Assembly (NCBI GenBank): GCA_002383485.1
Contig: DFYY01000012.1
Span: 101,717 to 165,716 of the forward strand
Source of the DNA: Bacteroidales bacterium UBA4070
GTDB taxonomy: Bacteria; Bacteroidota; Bacteroidia; Bacteroidales; VadinHA17
DNA: 64,000 nucleotides
Direction of reading: 5' to 3'
The notes under the pieces were generated by a model, which did no database searches, was not told the DNA's origin, and saw only the letters and a list, made by a program, of their open reading frames with translations. The position numbers and the translations under genes were made by a program. This document shows positions 54,472 to 63,378 of this stretch, one piece after another. Each line of letters begins with the position of its first letter. The first letter of the stretch is position 1.

Positions 54472-56646
54472 CTAATTGTCTACCCTTATTACCCGGGTGA
54501 TGCCCTTGACAGACTGTATCTTCTTGATGATTCCGTATAGCACGTTGACGCTCGGCACCAGCAGCTCGGTGCGCCCCTCGAAGAGGCCGTTGTTCATGCT
54601 GTATGTGAAGTTTTTGACCGCCACGCCCCGGTACTCGGCAAGAATTTCAGAGATCCGCGCCACGATCCCCAGGTTCTCGACACCTGTCAGCCTGACAGAG
54701 GTGAGGAATCCTCTCGAGGCATCAAGCCTGGTCCAGCGTGCCCTTAGAACCCTGTAGGGGAAGCTGGATATCATGAAATCGGCATTCGGACAGGTGGCTC
54801 GGTGGATCTTGATCCCCTCAAGCACAGTCACGAACCCGAAGATGCGGTCGCCGAACACCGGGTTGCAGCATTTGGCAAGCTTATAGTCGAGTCCTTCAAC
54901 CTTCTCATCTATAACAAGATAATCGCCGCTGGCCGTAGTGACCTCCTCCTGGGTGTGAATCTCAGGAGCCCTGGCGTGGCTCTCCTCAGGGTGTTCTTCT
55001 GCCTTGAGAAGGACTTTCTTGATCTGAAGGAGGTCAATCTCACCGATGGCGATGCTGAAATAGAGATCCTGTGATGTTTTAAATCCGTACTCGGTCAGCA
55101 GTCTGACCACTGTGGCATCACCGTACGGTATCTTCCAGTTCTTCAGTCTGCGGGTAAGTATCTCCTTGCCTTCGGCTGCCAGCTTGAATTTCTCCTCGTT
55201 GAGAGCCTGTCTGATCTTCGTGCGGGCCTTGTTGGTGATTACAAACGACAGCCAGTCGCGTTTAGGAGTCTGTTTCACGGATGTGATGACCGATACATGG
55301 TCTCCGTTCTGAAGCTTCTGCTTAAGCTGCACATTTCGGCCGTTAACCTTTCCCCCGATGCATTTGGAGCCCACCTCGGTGTGAATGTCAAAGGCGAAGT
55401 CGAGCAGTGTTGCTCCAACGGGCAGTTGCCTCACCTCGCCCCTGGGGGTAAAGACGAAGACCTCGTCGGCATATAGTCCGGGACGGATATCGCCGAGAAG
55501 GTCGCTTCCCTCCTTTTCGGATGCTCCGAGCACCTCACGCATCTGTGCCATCCATGCATCGAGTCCTCCTTCGCCCCTGACACCCTTGTAACGGAAATGG
55601 GCAGCAAGGCCTTTCTCTGCTATCTCATCCATACGCCTGGTGCGGATCTGCACCTCCACCCACTTGCCGGTGGAAGTAGCTACAGTTGTGTGAAGCGACT
55701 CATACCCGTTAGTCTTGGGCACCGATATCCAGTCGCGCATCCTGCTCGGGTCAGGCTGATAAATATCGGTAATCACCGAGTATACCTGCCAGCAGGAGGA
55801 TTTCTCATGAGCCGGGTCAGCATCGATAATGATTCTTATTGCGAAGATATCGAAGACCTCTTCGAAGGCGACACCTTGGCGCTTCATCTTCTGCCAGATG
55901 GAGTGGATTGATTTGGTGCGGCTCTTGAGTTCATATTTCATGCCCAGTGCATTGAGCTTCTCCGTAACGGGAGCGGAAAATTCTCTGATGAGTCTGTTCC
56001 TGGATGTTGTAGTTTGCTTTAACCGAGACTCAATTACATTGTATTCAGCCGGTTCCATGAGTTTCATGGCCAGATCTTCCATCTCCGATTTGATGTTGTA
56101 ATAACCCAGTCGGTGTGCCAGGGGTGCGAAGAGAAAATAGGTCTCCGATGCTACAGGAAGCCTCTCCTTTTCCGACAGCCAGTCGAGGCGCCTCATGACA
56201 AGGAGTCGCTCTGCGAGAGCTATCAGAATGACCCTGCCATCGTCTGCCAGTGACAGCAGCAGTTTCCGAAAGTTTTCCGCCTGACCGGAGAAGTCCCTGC
56301 CTCTGAGGGCGGTGACGCGTGACAACCCTAAGATGACCTCTTTTATTGACGGGTCATTGAGGGTGTCAATTCTCTCCCAGGCTTCCGATCCTTCCCTGAT
56401 GCCTGAGAGCATGGCGCTGATAACGGCGGAGGTGCCCAGCCCGATAGCTGAGGCGGTCACTCTTGCCAGCTCGAGGTAATAGAGTGGCAGAGGTTCACCA
56501 AGGTACTTGGTATCTGACGGGTAGTATGTCCTTGCGATATCCGTGGCAAGGCTCAGCGCCTTCCTGTCCGTGTCGGAGACCGGGGCAGGAAGGGCTTTGA
56601 GCACCAGGCTCTGCCTGCTGCGTATCTGTGCTGCCAGTTCAGCCAT
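54472..56646 (-). CDS. bifunctional (p)ppGpp synthetase/hydrolase, RelA/SpoT family
   Basis: HD domain region, RelA_SpoT synthetase region (DIFAIRIII, YESLHTTV), TGS and ACT-like C-terminal domains. Confidence 0.9.
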   Translation of the reverse strand: MAELAAQIRSRQSLVLKALPAPVSDTDRKALSLATDIARTYYPSDTKYLGEPLPLYYLELARVTASAIGLGTSAVISAMLSGIREGSEAWERIDTLNDPSIKEVILGLSRVTALRGRDFSGQAENFRKLLLSLADDGRVILIALAERLLVMRRLDWLSEKERLPVASETYFLFAPLAHRLGYYNIKSEMEDLAMKLMEPAEYNVIESRLKQTTTSRNRLIREFSAPVTEKLNALGMKYELKSRTKSIHSIWQKMKRQGVAFEEVFDIFAIRIIIDADPAHEKSSCWQVYSVITDIYQPDPSRMRDWISVPKTNGYESLHTTVATSTGKWVEVQIRTRRMDEIAEKGLAAHFRYKGVRGEGGLDAWMAQMREVLGASEKEGSDLLGDIRPGLYADEVFVFTPRGEVRQLPVGATLLDFAFDIHTEVGSKCIGGKVNGRNVQLKQKLQNGDHVSVITSVKQTPKRDWLSFVITNKARTKIRQALNEEKFKLAAEGKEILTRRLKNWKIPYGDATVVRLLTEYGFKTSQDLYFSIAIGEIDLLQIKKVLLKAEEHPEESHARAPEIHTQEEVTTASGDYLVIDEKVEGLDYKLAKCCNPVFGDRIFGFVTVLEGIKIHRATCPNADFMISSFPYRVLRARWTRLDASRGFLTSVRLTGVENLGIVARISEILAEYRGVAVKNFTYSMNNGLFEGRTELLVPSVNVLYGIIKKIQSVKGITRVIRVDN

Positions 56647-56651
56647 GGTTA

Positions 56652-57473
56652 TTATTTAAGGGGTGAATTGGGCTCCCTCTTCATCTCGAGGTAGTAGGCA
56701 TAGTCAACCAGCGCGGGGGTGACTCTCTGCAGCAGTGCCGTGAACCTGCCGGCCCACGTCATGATCTTGTTTCTCTTCTTCTTCCGGATACCCTTGAGAA
56801 TCCAGCGTGCGACAAACTCAGGTGACATCATCTTCTTCTCTTCCCTGGGTGAGCTTCCCTGTTCTGTACCATCGGCAAGAAGAGCGCGTTTACGGACTTC
56901 TGAAGTGGTGAATCCCGGTGCAATTATCATCACATGAAGTTTCTTCTTAAGGTTCTCAATCCTTATAGTCTCAAGAAAACCGTGAATTGCAAACTTGGAG
57001 GCTGAGTATCCGGTACGACCCGGCAGACCGTGAAATCCTGCGGTTGAAGAGACACCGACGATCGATCCCCTGTTCTTCACGATATAGGGAAGTGCATACT
57101 TTGTACAATAGACTGTACTCCAGAAATTAACATCCATAAGTCGCTTTAATACAGAGATATCCACATCGTCAAATAAAGCTCTCATTGATATTCCTGCATT
57201 ATTGATCAGGATATGGATTGTGCCGAATTTTTCAATGGTTTTTTGCACCAGTATGCGGCACTCCTCCTCATTGGCGACATCAGTTGTGCATGAGAGGGTT
57301 TCCGCGCCCATGGCAATTATTTCCTGCTCCAGTTCAGCCAGTCGTTCAGCTGAGCGGGCTGCGAGCACCACCTTGCTGCCATTGCGGGCAAATTCCAGTG
57401 CCGTGGCTCTGCCGATACCTGAAGAAGCACCGGTGACAATCACTACTTTATCGCGGAATATATTGCTTTTCAT
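56652..57473 (-). CDS. SDR family oxidoreductase
   Basis: TGASSGIGR, NNAG, YSASK. Confidence 0.85.
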   Translation of the reverse strand: MKSNIFRDKVVIVTGASSGIGRATALEFARNGSKVVLAARSAERLAELEQEIIAMGAETLSCTTDVANEEECRILVQKTIEKFGTIHILINNAGISMRALFDDVDISVLKRLMDVNFWSTVYCTKYALPYIVKNRGSIVGVSSTAGFHGLPGRTGYSASKFAIHGFLETIRIENLKKKLHVMIIAPGFTTSEVRKRALLADGTEQGSSPREEKKMMSPEFVARWILKGIRKKKRNKIMTWAGRFTALLQRVTPALVDYAYYLEMKREPNSPLK

Positions 57474-57567
57474 ATGCTTTCAGACGAAGGATAAATATAA
57501 TAACATTTTGCCGTTACCGGGTCCGGTGATTAAATTTTTACAATTTTCGGTAAAAGTGAGGATTTTT

Positions 57568-57598
57568 TTTGACAGGAGATTTTTTTGTCCTACATTTG
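57568..57598 (+). promoter_or_regulatory. Bacteroidota-type promoter for tRNA-Lys
   Basis: TTTG (57568-57571), then 19 nt, then TAcaTTTG (57591-57598). It ends 20 nt before the mature tRNA 5' end. Confidence 0.55.
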
Positions 57599-57617
57599 CA
57601 CTCTCAAAAATTGGACT

Positions 57618-57690
57618 GATTCAGTAGCTCAGCTGGTAGAGCACATCCCTTTTAAGGATGGGGTCCTGGGTTCGAGCCCCAGCTGGATCA
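57618..57690 (+). tRNA. tRNA-Lys (anticodon TTT)
   Basis: A manual cloverleaf fits. The acceptor is GATTCAG/CTGGATC with one G-U pair, the anticodon stem CATCC/GGATG with loop CTTTTAA, and the T arm CTGGG-TTCGAGC-CCCAG. Confidence 0.85.
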
Positions 57691-57693
57691 CAT

Positions 57694-57717
57694 GGCAGCC
57701 GGAAGGCTGCCTTTTTT
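57694..57717 (+). terminator. terminator after tRNA-Lys
   Basis: GGCAGCC-GGAA-GGCTGCC followed by T6. Confidence 0.7.
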
Positions 57718-57802
57718 ATTTCCGGATGGCTCGAACCGCCAGCCCTGCAATCCGGCTGCTTCGCTGGAATGACCCACCGGGTCATTCCTTTACGCTCGCA
57801 CC

Positions 57803-57851
57803 GGTTCGAGCCCCAGCTGGATCACATGGCAGCCGGAAGGCTGCCTTTTTT
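57803..57851 (+). repeat. 49-nt perfect direct repeat of the tRNA-Lys 3' part plus its terminator
   Basis: Identical to 57669-57717 (GGTTCGAGCCCCAGCTGGATCACATGGCAGCCGGAAGGCTGCCTTTTTT). Confidence 0.9.
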
Positions 57852-58041
57852 TGAGGGGAAGCTGTATATTAAAGTATTGTTTTACAGTCCTTTATGCTCT
57901 ACGTGCATCAACGGTGCAGTGCATACCCCTTAGCCAGCAAAACAAATACTTACCCGTAGGGATTATAGAATTGTATAGACATCTGTAATAAACAAAGGTC
58001 GACCCGACAGGACGACCCTTATGATCTTAACGCCGTTAAAG

Positions 58042-58512
58042 TTATTTTGAAAGCACCGGTATCTGCCTGCTGATAGATTCCTCGAGGGAGATCAGTGTTT
58101 CCGTGCGCATGATACCGGGGATGGCCTGTATCTTTTCAGTCAGCACTTCACGGAGATGCTCATTATCATGTGTGTAAACCTTGATAAACAGCGAATAATT
58201 ACCTGTTGTGTAATGACATTCAATAACTTCAGGAATATCCTTCAGCTTGTTGATCGCCTCCTTGTATTTGCCCGGATTATCCAGGTAAAGGCCAATGTAG
58301 GCACATGTTCTGAATCCCACCATAATCGGATCCACCTTGAATTCCGATCCCTTGATTACACCGATCCTGATCAGTCTCTGAACCCTTTGATGAATGGCTG
58401 CACCAGAGACATTGCAGTCGCGCGCAACCTCAAGATAGGGTATCCTTGCATTCTTGGTAATGATATCCAGGATCTTCCTATCCAGATTGTCAATTTGCAA
58501 ATTTTCTGCCAT
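58042..58512 (-). CDS. Lrp/AsnC family transcriptional regulator
   Basis: LDRKILDIITKNARIPYLEVARDCNVSGAAIHQRV, plus a C-terminal RAM/AsnC_trans_reg domain. Confidence 0.9.
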   Translation of the reverse strand: MAENLQIDNLDRKILDIITKNARIPYLEVARDCNVSGAAIHQRVQRLIRIGVIKGSEFKVDPIMVGFRTCAYIGLYLDNPGKYKEAINKLKDIPEVIECHYTTGNYSLFIKVYTHDNEHLREVLTEKIQAIPGIMRTETLISLEESISRQIPVLSK

Positions 58513-58583
58513 GATTACTTTCTATAATTTAGTCAATGAATATAATTCTGCCCCTAAACTTGCAAATTTAAAGCAAATCAGAT

Positions 58584-59498
58584 TCAAATCCTATTTATAA
58601 TACCGGTAATTCTGCTTACAGAATCAAAATCTTTTTCAACAAGGAATTTTTCAATTCCATTGACAACCCGGACAGCAGTATCCGGTTGAATGAAGGAGGC
58701 AGTTCCCACCTGCACGGCAGAAGCGCCGGCCATTATGAACTCGAGTGCATCATCGGCATTCATAATCCCTCCCAGCCCGATAACGGGAATAGCGACAGCC
58801 CTGGCTGCCTGCCATACCATCCTCAGTGCCACCGGTTTGATGGCGGGGCCCGACAGACCTCCGGTTATCGTGGAGAGTTTCGGTTTCATTGTTTTTACAT
58901 CGATGGCCATCCCGAGGAGTGTATTCACAAGAGATATCGCCTCCGCCCCCTCTTCTTCAGAAATACGTGCGAATTCCGTAATGTCTGTCACGTTCGGAGA
59001 GAGCTTGACAATGAGTGTCTTGCTGTATGCCTTGCGGACTGCCGAGATTACTTCCCTGGCGGAGGATGGGTTTGTGCCGAAGATCATGCCTCCCCTCTTG
59101 ACATTGGGACAGGAAATATTCAGCTCTATCGCCGGGATTGCCTGAAGGCGGTCGAGGCGACGGGAGAGTTCAACGTATTCTTCAATAGTATTGCCGTTGA
59201 CATTGACAATTACATGCGTGTCATATTCAGCAAGACGGGGATAAATGTTCTTTTCGAAATAATCTATTCCCTTATTCTGGAGGCCCACGGCGTTGAGCAT
59301 CCCGGCTGCTGTCTCTGCCATCCGCGGATAAGGATTTCCCTCACGCCATTCCAGGGTGGTTCCCTTGACTATGATGGCTCCCAGTGCGGATAGATCCATG
59401 AAATCTTCAAGTTCCGAACCGTAACCGCATGTTCCGGAGGCGAGCATAACCGGATTTCGCAGCTCCAATGACCCTATCTTTATCCTGAGGTCTGCCAT
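58584..59498 (-). CDS. pyrD: dihydroorotate dehydrogenase, class 1B catalytic subunit
   Basis: [36 protein letters not shown]. Confidence 0.9.
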   Translation of the reverse strand: MADLRIKIGSLELRNPVMLASGTCGYGSELEDFMDLSALGAIIVKGTTLEWREGNPYPRMAETAAGMLNAVGLQNKGIDYFEKNIYPRLAEYDTHVIVNVNGNTIEEYVELSRRLDRLQAIPAIELNISCPNVKRGGMIFGTNPSSAREVISAVRKAYSKTLIVKLSPNVTDITEFARISEEEGAEAISLVNTLLGMAIDVKTMKPKLSTITGGLSGPAIKPVALRMVWQAARAVAIPVIGLGGIMNADDALEFIMAGASAVQVGTASFIQPDTAVRVVNGIEKFLVEKDFDSVSRITGIINRI

Positions 59499-60259
59499 TT
59501 CAGATCGTTTATGTTAAATACCGGGCCGTCAGTGCAGGAGGAAAGGTTCCCGGAAGTTGTTGGCACAGTGCAGCAGAGACATATCCCCATCCCGCATGCC
59601 ATGAGGTTTTCAAGTGAGACCTCACAAAAAATCTCTCTCTGCCTGCAGAGGGCTGCTACTGCCTTCATCATCGGCTCCGGACCGCAGCTGTATACTTTGT
59701 CCCACTTGTCGCCCCTGAATGCAGGGATGTCAGTCACAAATCCCCTGTGGCCTTCCGAGCCGTCCTCCGTGGAGAGCCATACAGGGCCCAGGGCGCTGAA
59801 CTCCTCATAGCTGAGAATCCTCGACCGGTTGCGAAAACCGAGCGCAAAGTGAGGCTGTACGCCTGATTCCTTGATCTTCCTGCCGAGATAGAGAAGCGGT
59901 GCCATACCGCATCCGCCTCCCGTGAGAAGGACTTTCTCGCCTGTTACAGGAAGGGTAAACGAATTGCCAAGCGGGTATAACAGGTTAATAGTCTCTCCCG
60001 GTACAAGTCTCGAGAGTCGTTCAGTTCCCGGACCCGCTATCTGGACCAGTAACGAGAGTGTATTTGTTTTGTAGTCGACATCATGAACCGACAGCGGGCG
60101 GCGGAGGAATGTGGAAGGGCTGTCTGTCACCAGGGCCTGCACGAACTGTCCCGGCTTTATTTCCGGCAATCCCCCGCCCGAGCGGACTTTTAACACAAAA
60201 AAGCTGTCAGTCAGCTTTTTATTTTCGGTAACCGTTAGATATTCGACCCGCTTTTTCAT
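59480..60259 (-). CDS. pyrK: dihydroorotate dehydrogenase electron-transfer subunit
   Basis: FAD/NAD-binding domain (RRPLSV), GGGCGMAPL, and the C-terminal 2Fe-2S motif [10 protein letters not shown] chose the ATG at 60259. Confidence 0.85.
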   Translation of the reverse strand: MKKRVEYLTVTENKKLTDSFFVLKVRSGGGLPEIKPGQFVQALVTDSPSTFLRRPLSVHDVDYKTNTLSLLVQIAGPGTERLSRLVPGETINLLYPLGNSFTLPVTGEKVLLTGGGCGMAPLLYLGRKIKESGVQPHFALGFRNRSRILSYEEFSALGPVWLSTEDGSEGHRGFVTDIPAFRGDKWDKVYSCGPEPMMKAVAALCRQREIFCEVSLENLMACGMGICLCCTVPTTSGNLSSCTDGPVFNINDLKWQTSG

Positions 60260-60304
60260 CAGGAACCCTTTGCCTGCAAAAATAGACAATTTGGGGATAC
60301 GGCG

Positions 60305-60748
60305 TCAGGATGGTGTGTATTCAGTAAATGATTTGTCGGAATAGAACATTACTATCCGTGTCAGTCGCCTGGCAGAGGTTTCGGAATCCAACCCGGTTTT
60401 CGGTCTCCCCGCTAATGGCATTTCCCTGCTCTCCTGAGCATCCGGTAAATCCGGCAGTATACCGGGCGGATCAGGTATTGTTTCTCTGTCAGACAAGCCC
60501 TGAGGCATCTCTGTATCAAACAGGGAGGGCTGGGATGCATACCTGTACATTGAGCCTCTGCCAAACAACAGCCATTCAGCTGAAAGCGCCGGATATTTAT
60601 GCAGCATCTTGATTACGAAATCGAGGCTGGGATTGTTTCTTCCCGAGAGTATATGAGAGATTCCTGACGGTTGAACTCCTATTTCCTCGGCAAATTGAGC
60701 ATAACTCTTGTTCTCGTTCTGTAAAAACGCCTGTATTCTTTCTTTCAT
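60305..60748 (-). CDS. XRE-family helix-turn-helix protein
   Basis: N-terminal HTH (KSYAQFAEEIGVQPSGISHILSGRNNPSLDFV) with a Pro/Ser-rich C-terminal half. Confidence 0.75.
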   Translation of the reverse strand: MKERIQAFLQNENKSYAQFAEEIGVQPSGISHILSGRNNPSLDFVIKMLHKYPALSAEWLLFGRGSMYRYASQPSLFDTEMPQGLSDRETIPDPPGILPDLPDAQESREMPLAGRPKTGLDSETSARRLTRIVMFYSDKSFTEYTPS

Positions 60749-60764
60749 ATTACTTAAATCAGTC

Positions 60765-60823
60765 TTACAAATGTAATGACAATGTTGTTTACATATGTAA
60801 TGTTATTTTATGTACATTTGTAA
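60765..60823. promoter_or_regulatory. three TTACA-N2-TGTAA palindromes at 24- and 23-bp spacing
   Basis: TTACAAATGTAA at 60765-60776, TTACATATGTAA at 60789-60800, GTACATTTGTAA at 60812-60823. Read on the minus strand, the first gives TAcaTTTG 17-28 nt upstream of the HTH gene ATG. Confidence 0.55.
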
Positions 60824-61107
60824 TCGATCTGACAAGTAGTCCTGAAATATGGCGTACCATTACCTGAAAATGTACCTGATTTATTGCATAATTATCAGTA
60901 TCATTACTTCAGTTTAGAACCTATTATTTACTGATTAAGTGTTATTTAAGTCTAATAAATCAATAATTTCTAATCAAACCTGCACGTTAACTGGTCCGGA
61001 ATATCAATCCTTAATGCAGATTAATTACATAAAACATTGATAAATAAGACTATATAAAGATTCATTTCGCTTGTCAATTAAATATTACATTGATAACCGT
61101 TCGTTAT

Positions 61108-61165
61108 TTACATTTGTAATTACAAAGTGCAATTCTTTCTCTTTTCAATGCGTTTACATCTGTAA
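61108..61165. promoter_or_regulatory. two further TTACA-N2-TGTAA palindromes
   Basis: TTACATTTGTAA at 61108-61119 and TTACATCTGTAA at 61154-61165, 46 bp apart. Confidence 0.5.
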
Positions 61166-61408
61166 TCGGGAGGTCTCGTGTGTTGTATTGATTGGATTGA
61201 CCCGGAGCTGGTAGGTAATTCTTCCCTCCTTTTTCGTTAAGTCGCTGAGAATTGATTTTTTTTCTCCGGGCCAGGCCTTCTATTGAATTATTGAAATCTG
61301 GAAACATAATTTAAAACATCTTTTCCGGAGTAATCTTTTGATTATCTTCATCCGCTTGAAGTATTACCCACATTTATTTTCACTGAAAATCGGGATAAAA
61401 GCAGACTT

Positions 61409-62644
61409 ATGGTAAAAGGCAGATTCTCTTTGGCCATGCACTGGCAGATACTGATCATGCTGGCGCTTGGTGGTTTGTTCGGTTACTTCTTCCCCCACCT
61501 TACGAAATACACAAACTGGATTGGAGAGGTATTTCTCCGGGGACTGAACATGGTTATCGTGCCGCTGATATTCTGTTCAATAATGACAGGTGTGGCCAGT
61601 GTCGGAACTGCAGAAAACCTCGGACGACTAGGATTGAAGACGATGGGCTATTATGTCCTTTCCACCCTGATTGCCATTCTTACAGGATTTCTTTTTGTAC
61701 AGCTTATAAAGCCAGGCGTCGGAGCTGACCTCGGGCTGCAGGTACCACTGGAGGATATATCGGTGGGTAAGGAAAGTTTCGGGCAGACACTGATCAACAT
61801 TGTGCCTACCAACATTATAAAGGCGATGTCAGAGGCTCACATGCTCTCCATAATCTTTTTTGCCATACTGGCGGGATTCTTCGTCACCCGTGTTGGTGAG
61901 AAGTCCCGGGTTCTGCTGGTTGATGTGGTCAATGCCATTCTCGACGTGATCATGAAGATCACTCTCTTTGTAATCAAGTTCACTCCCTTTGGAGTATTCA
62001 GCATAATCGCGAAGGTGCTTTCACAGCAGATAAACAGCGGTAACCAGGTCGGAGAGATAATAAGCAGCATGGGAATTTACTTCCTGACTGTGGTACTGGG
62101 TCTGACGGTACAGGGATTCGTTACCCTGCCGCTACTGGTGAAGCTCCTGGGCGGGGTCAACCCGATCAAGCACATGAAGAACATGTCCACCGTTATTCTC
62201 ACGGCATTCTCCACTTCCTCGTCAAATGCCACCCTGCCACTTACCATGGAGACTGTCGAGACAAAGAACGGTGTTTCGAATAAGATAGCAAGCTTCACGC
62301 TACCCCTGGGGGCGACGATCAATATGAACGGAACGGCCCTTTACGAATGTGTGGCAGTAATATTCATCGCACAGGCATACGGGATCGATCTTACCATTGG
62401 CCAGCAACTGATAGTGATATTCACTGCTTTGCTTGCAGCCATTGGATCTGCCGGGATACCCATGGCCGGACTGGTAATGATGGCAGTCGTGCTGAATGCC
62501 GTCGGACTGCCACTGGAAGGCATAGGACTTATCCTGGCTGTTGACCGTATCCTCGACATGTTCCGCACCGCTATCAACGTATACGGTGATACATGCGGTG
62601 CAGTGATAATTGCCAAGTCGGAAAAGGAGGAACTACTTGTATAG
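61409..62644 (+). CDS. dicarboxylate/amino acid:cation symporter (DAACS/GltP family)
   Basis: ...FSTSSSNATLP..., ...GATINMNGTA..., ...DR..DM.RT..NV.GD motifs. Confidence 0.85.
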   Translation: MVKGRFSLAMHWQILIMLALGGLFGYFFPHLTKYTNWIGEVFLRGLNMVIVPLIFCSIMTGVASVGTAENLGRLGLKTMGYYVLSTLIAILTGFLFVQLIKPGVGADLGLQVPLEDISVGKESFGQTLINIVPTNIIKAMSEAHMLSIIFFAILAGFFVTRVGEKSRVLLVDVVNAILDVIMKITLFVIKFTPFGVFSIIAKVLSQQINSGNQVGEIISSMGIYFLTVVLGLTVQGFVTLPLLVKLLGGVNPIKHMKNMSTVILTAFSTSSSNATLPLTMETVETKNGVSNKIASFTLPLGATINMNGTALYECVAVIFIAQAYGIDLTIGQQLIVIFTALLAAIGSAGIPMAGLVMMAVVLNAVGLPLEGIGLILAVDRILDMFRTAINVYGDTCGAVIIAKSEKEELLV

Positions 62645-62698
62645 GCAATAGGCACCAGGCAGTTGGCAGTAGTGTTGGCAATGATATATAGCCGGTAA
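62642..62698 (+). repeat. GGCA-word element immediately 3' of the symporter stop
   Basis: TAGGCAATAGGCACCAGGCAGTTGGCAGTAGTGTTGGCAA...GCCGGTAA. It shares GGCAGTAGTGTTG (62665-62677) and its overall layout with 38119-38170. Inverted modules lie at 62764-62793. Confidence 0.65.
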
Positions 62699-62730
62699 AC
62701 CTGTTAATTATTTAGCAGACGCACATCATA

Positions 62731-62760
62731 AAAAAGGGGCTCCGTCCGGGAACCCCTTTT
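62731..62760. terminator. bidirectional terminator between convergent genes
   Basis: AAAAAGGGGCTCC...GGGAACCCCTTTT. Confidence 0.7.
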
Positions 62761-62801
62761 CACAATTGCCTATTGCCTGCTGCCTGGTGCCTGTAATAAT
62801 C

Positions 62802-63338
62802 TCATTCACAGTTGCCGCCGCAGCCGCTGCTCTTGCTGCCGCAGGTTGAGCATCCGCCTGACGACGGTCCCATCAGCTCCTCAGGGGTGGCCTCACGGAC
62901 ACCCACAACCTTGCCGGTAAAGTGCAGATCGGTTCCTGCCAGTGGATGATTGAAATCCATCTTTACGAAAGCGTCGCCAATCTCCACGACCATACCGTTC
63001 ATCCTGTTACCCTGTGAATCCATCATCGGTACCGTGTTGCCGACATAGCATATCTCACTTCTCAGAACACCTTCATCCTCAAAGATATTACTCGGTAGGC
63101 TGATTACCATTTCTTCGCGGACATCTCCGTAAGCATCTGCCGCCAGCAGACTGAAATCAAAGGCAGCACCCTCTTCCAATCCTTCGATGTTTGCCTCAAA
63201 GGCAGGAAGCAGGCGGCCTGCACCAAATACAAAACCCATTGGAGATGTCTCCTCTACTGTCTCTATAACCCTGCCGTCCCTGTCGCTCTCATGAAGTGTA
63301 TAAGCCAGTGAGGCAAACCTGTTGTTCTCAACTTTCAT
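62802..63338 (-). CDS. slyD: FKBP-type peptidyl-prolyl isomerase, SlyD-like, with a Cys-rich C-terminal tail
   Basis: FKBP core with an IF-domain insertion (...MNGMVVEIGD..V.MDFNHPLAG). The tail is GGCSTCGSKSSGCGGNCE. Confidence 0.8.
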   Translation of the reverse strand: MKVENNRFASLAYTLHESDRDGRVIETVEETSPMGFVFGAGRLLPAFEANIEGLEEGAAFDFSLLAADAYGDVREEMVISLPSNIFEDEGVLRSEICYVGNTVPMMDSQGNRMNGMVVEIGDAFVKMDFNHPLAGTDLHFTGKVVGVREATPEELMGPSSGGCSTCGSKSSGCGGNCE

Positions 63339-63378
63339 AACTATATAATTTTATTGTTATTATGATATTTCATATGAA

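Noticed and set aside
57585-57933. ORFs of 89 and 91 aa spanning tRNA-Lys and its duplicated 3' end.
   Set aside because: They read through a tRNA, two terminators and a direct repeat. Their internal peptide repeat is just the translated DNA duplication.
61104-61307. A 67-aa minus-strand ORF in the AT-rich gap.
   Set aside because: It has no motif, and its 3' part is made of the TTACA-N2-TGTAA boxes. Composition is typical of translated AT-rich spacer. It cannot be excluded as a small basic protein, but it is unsupported.
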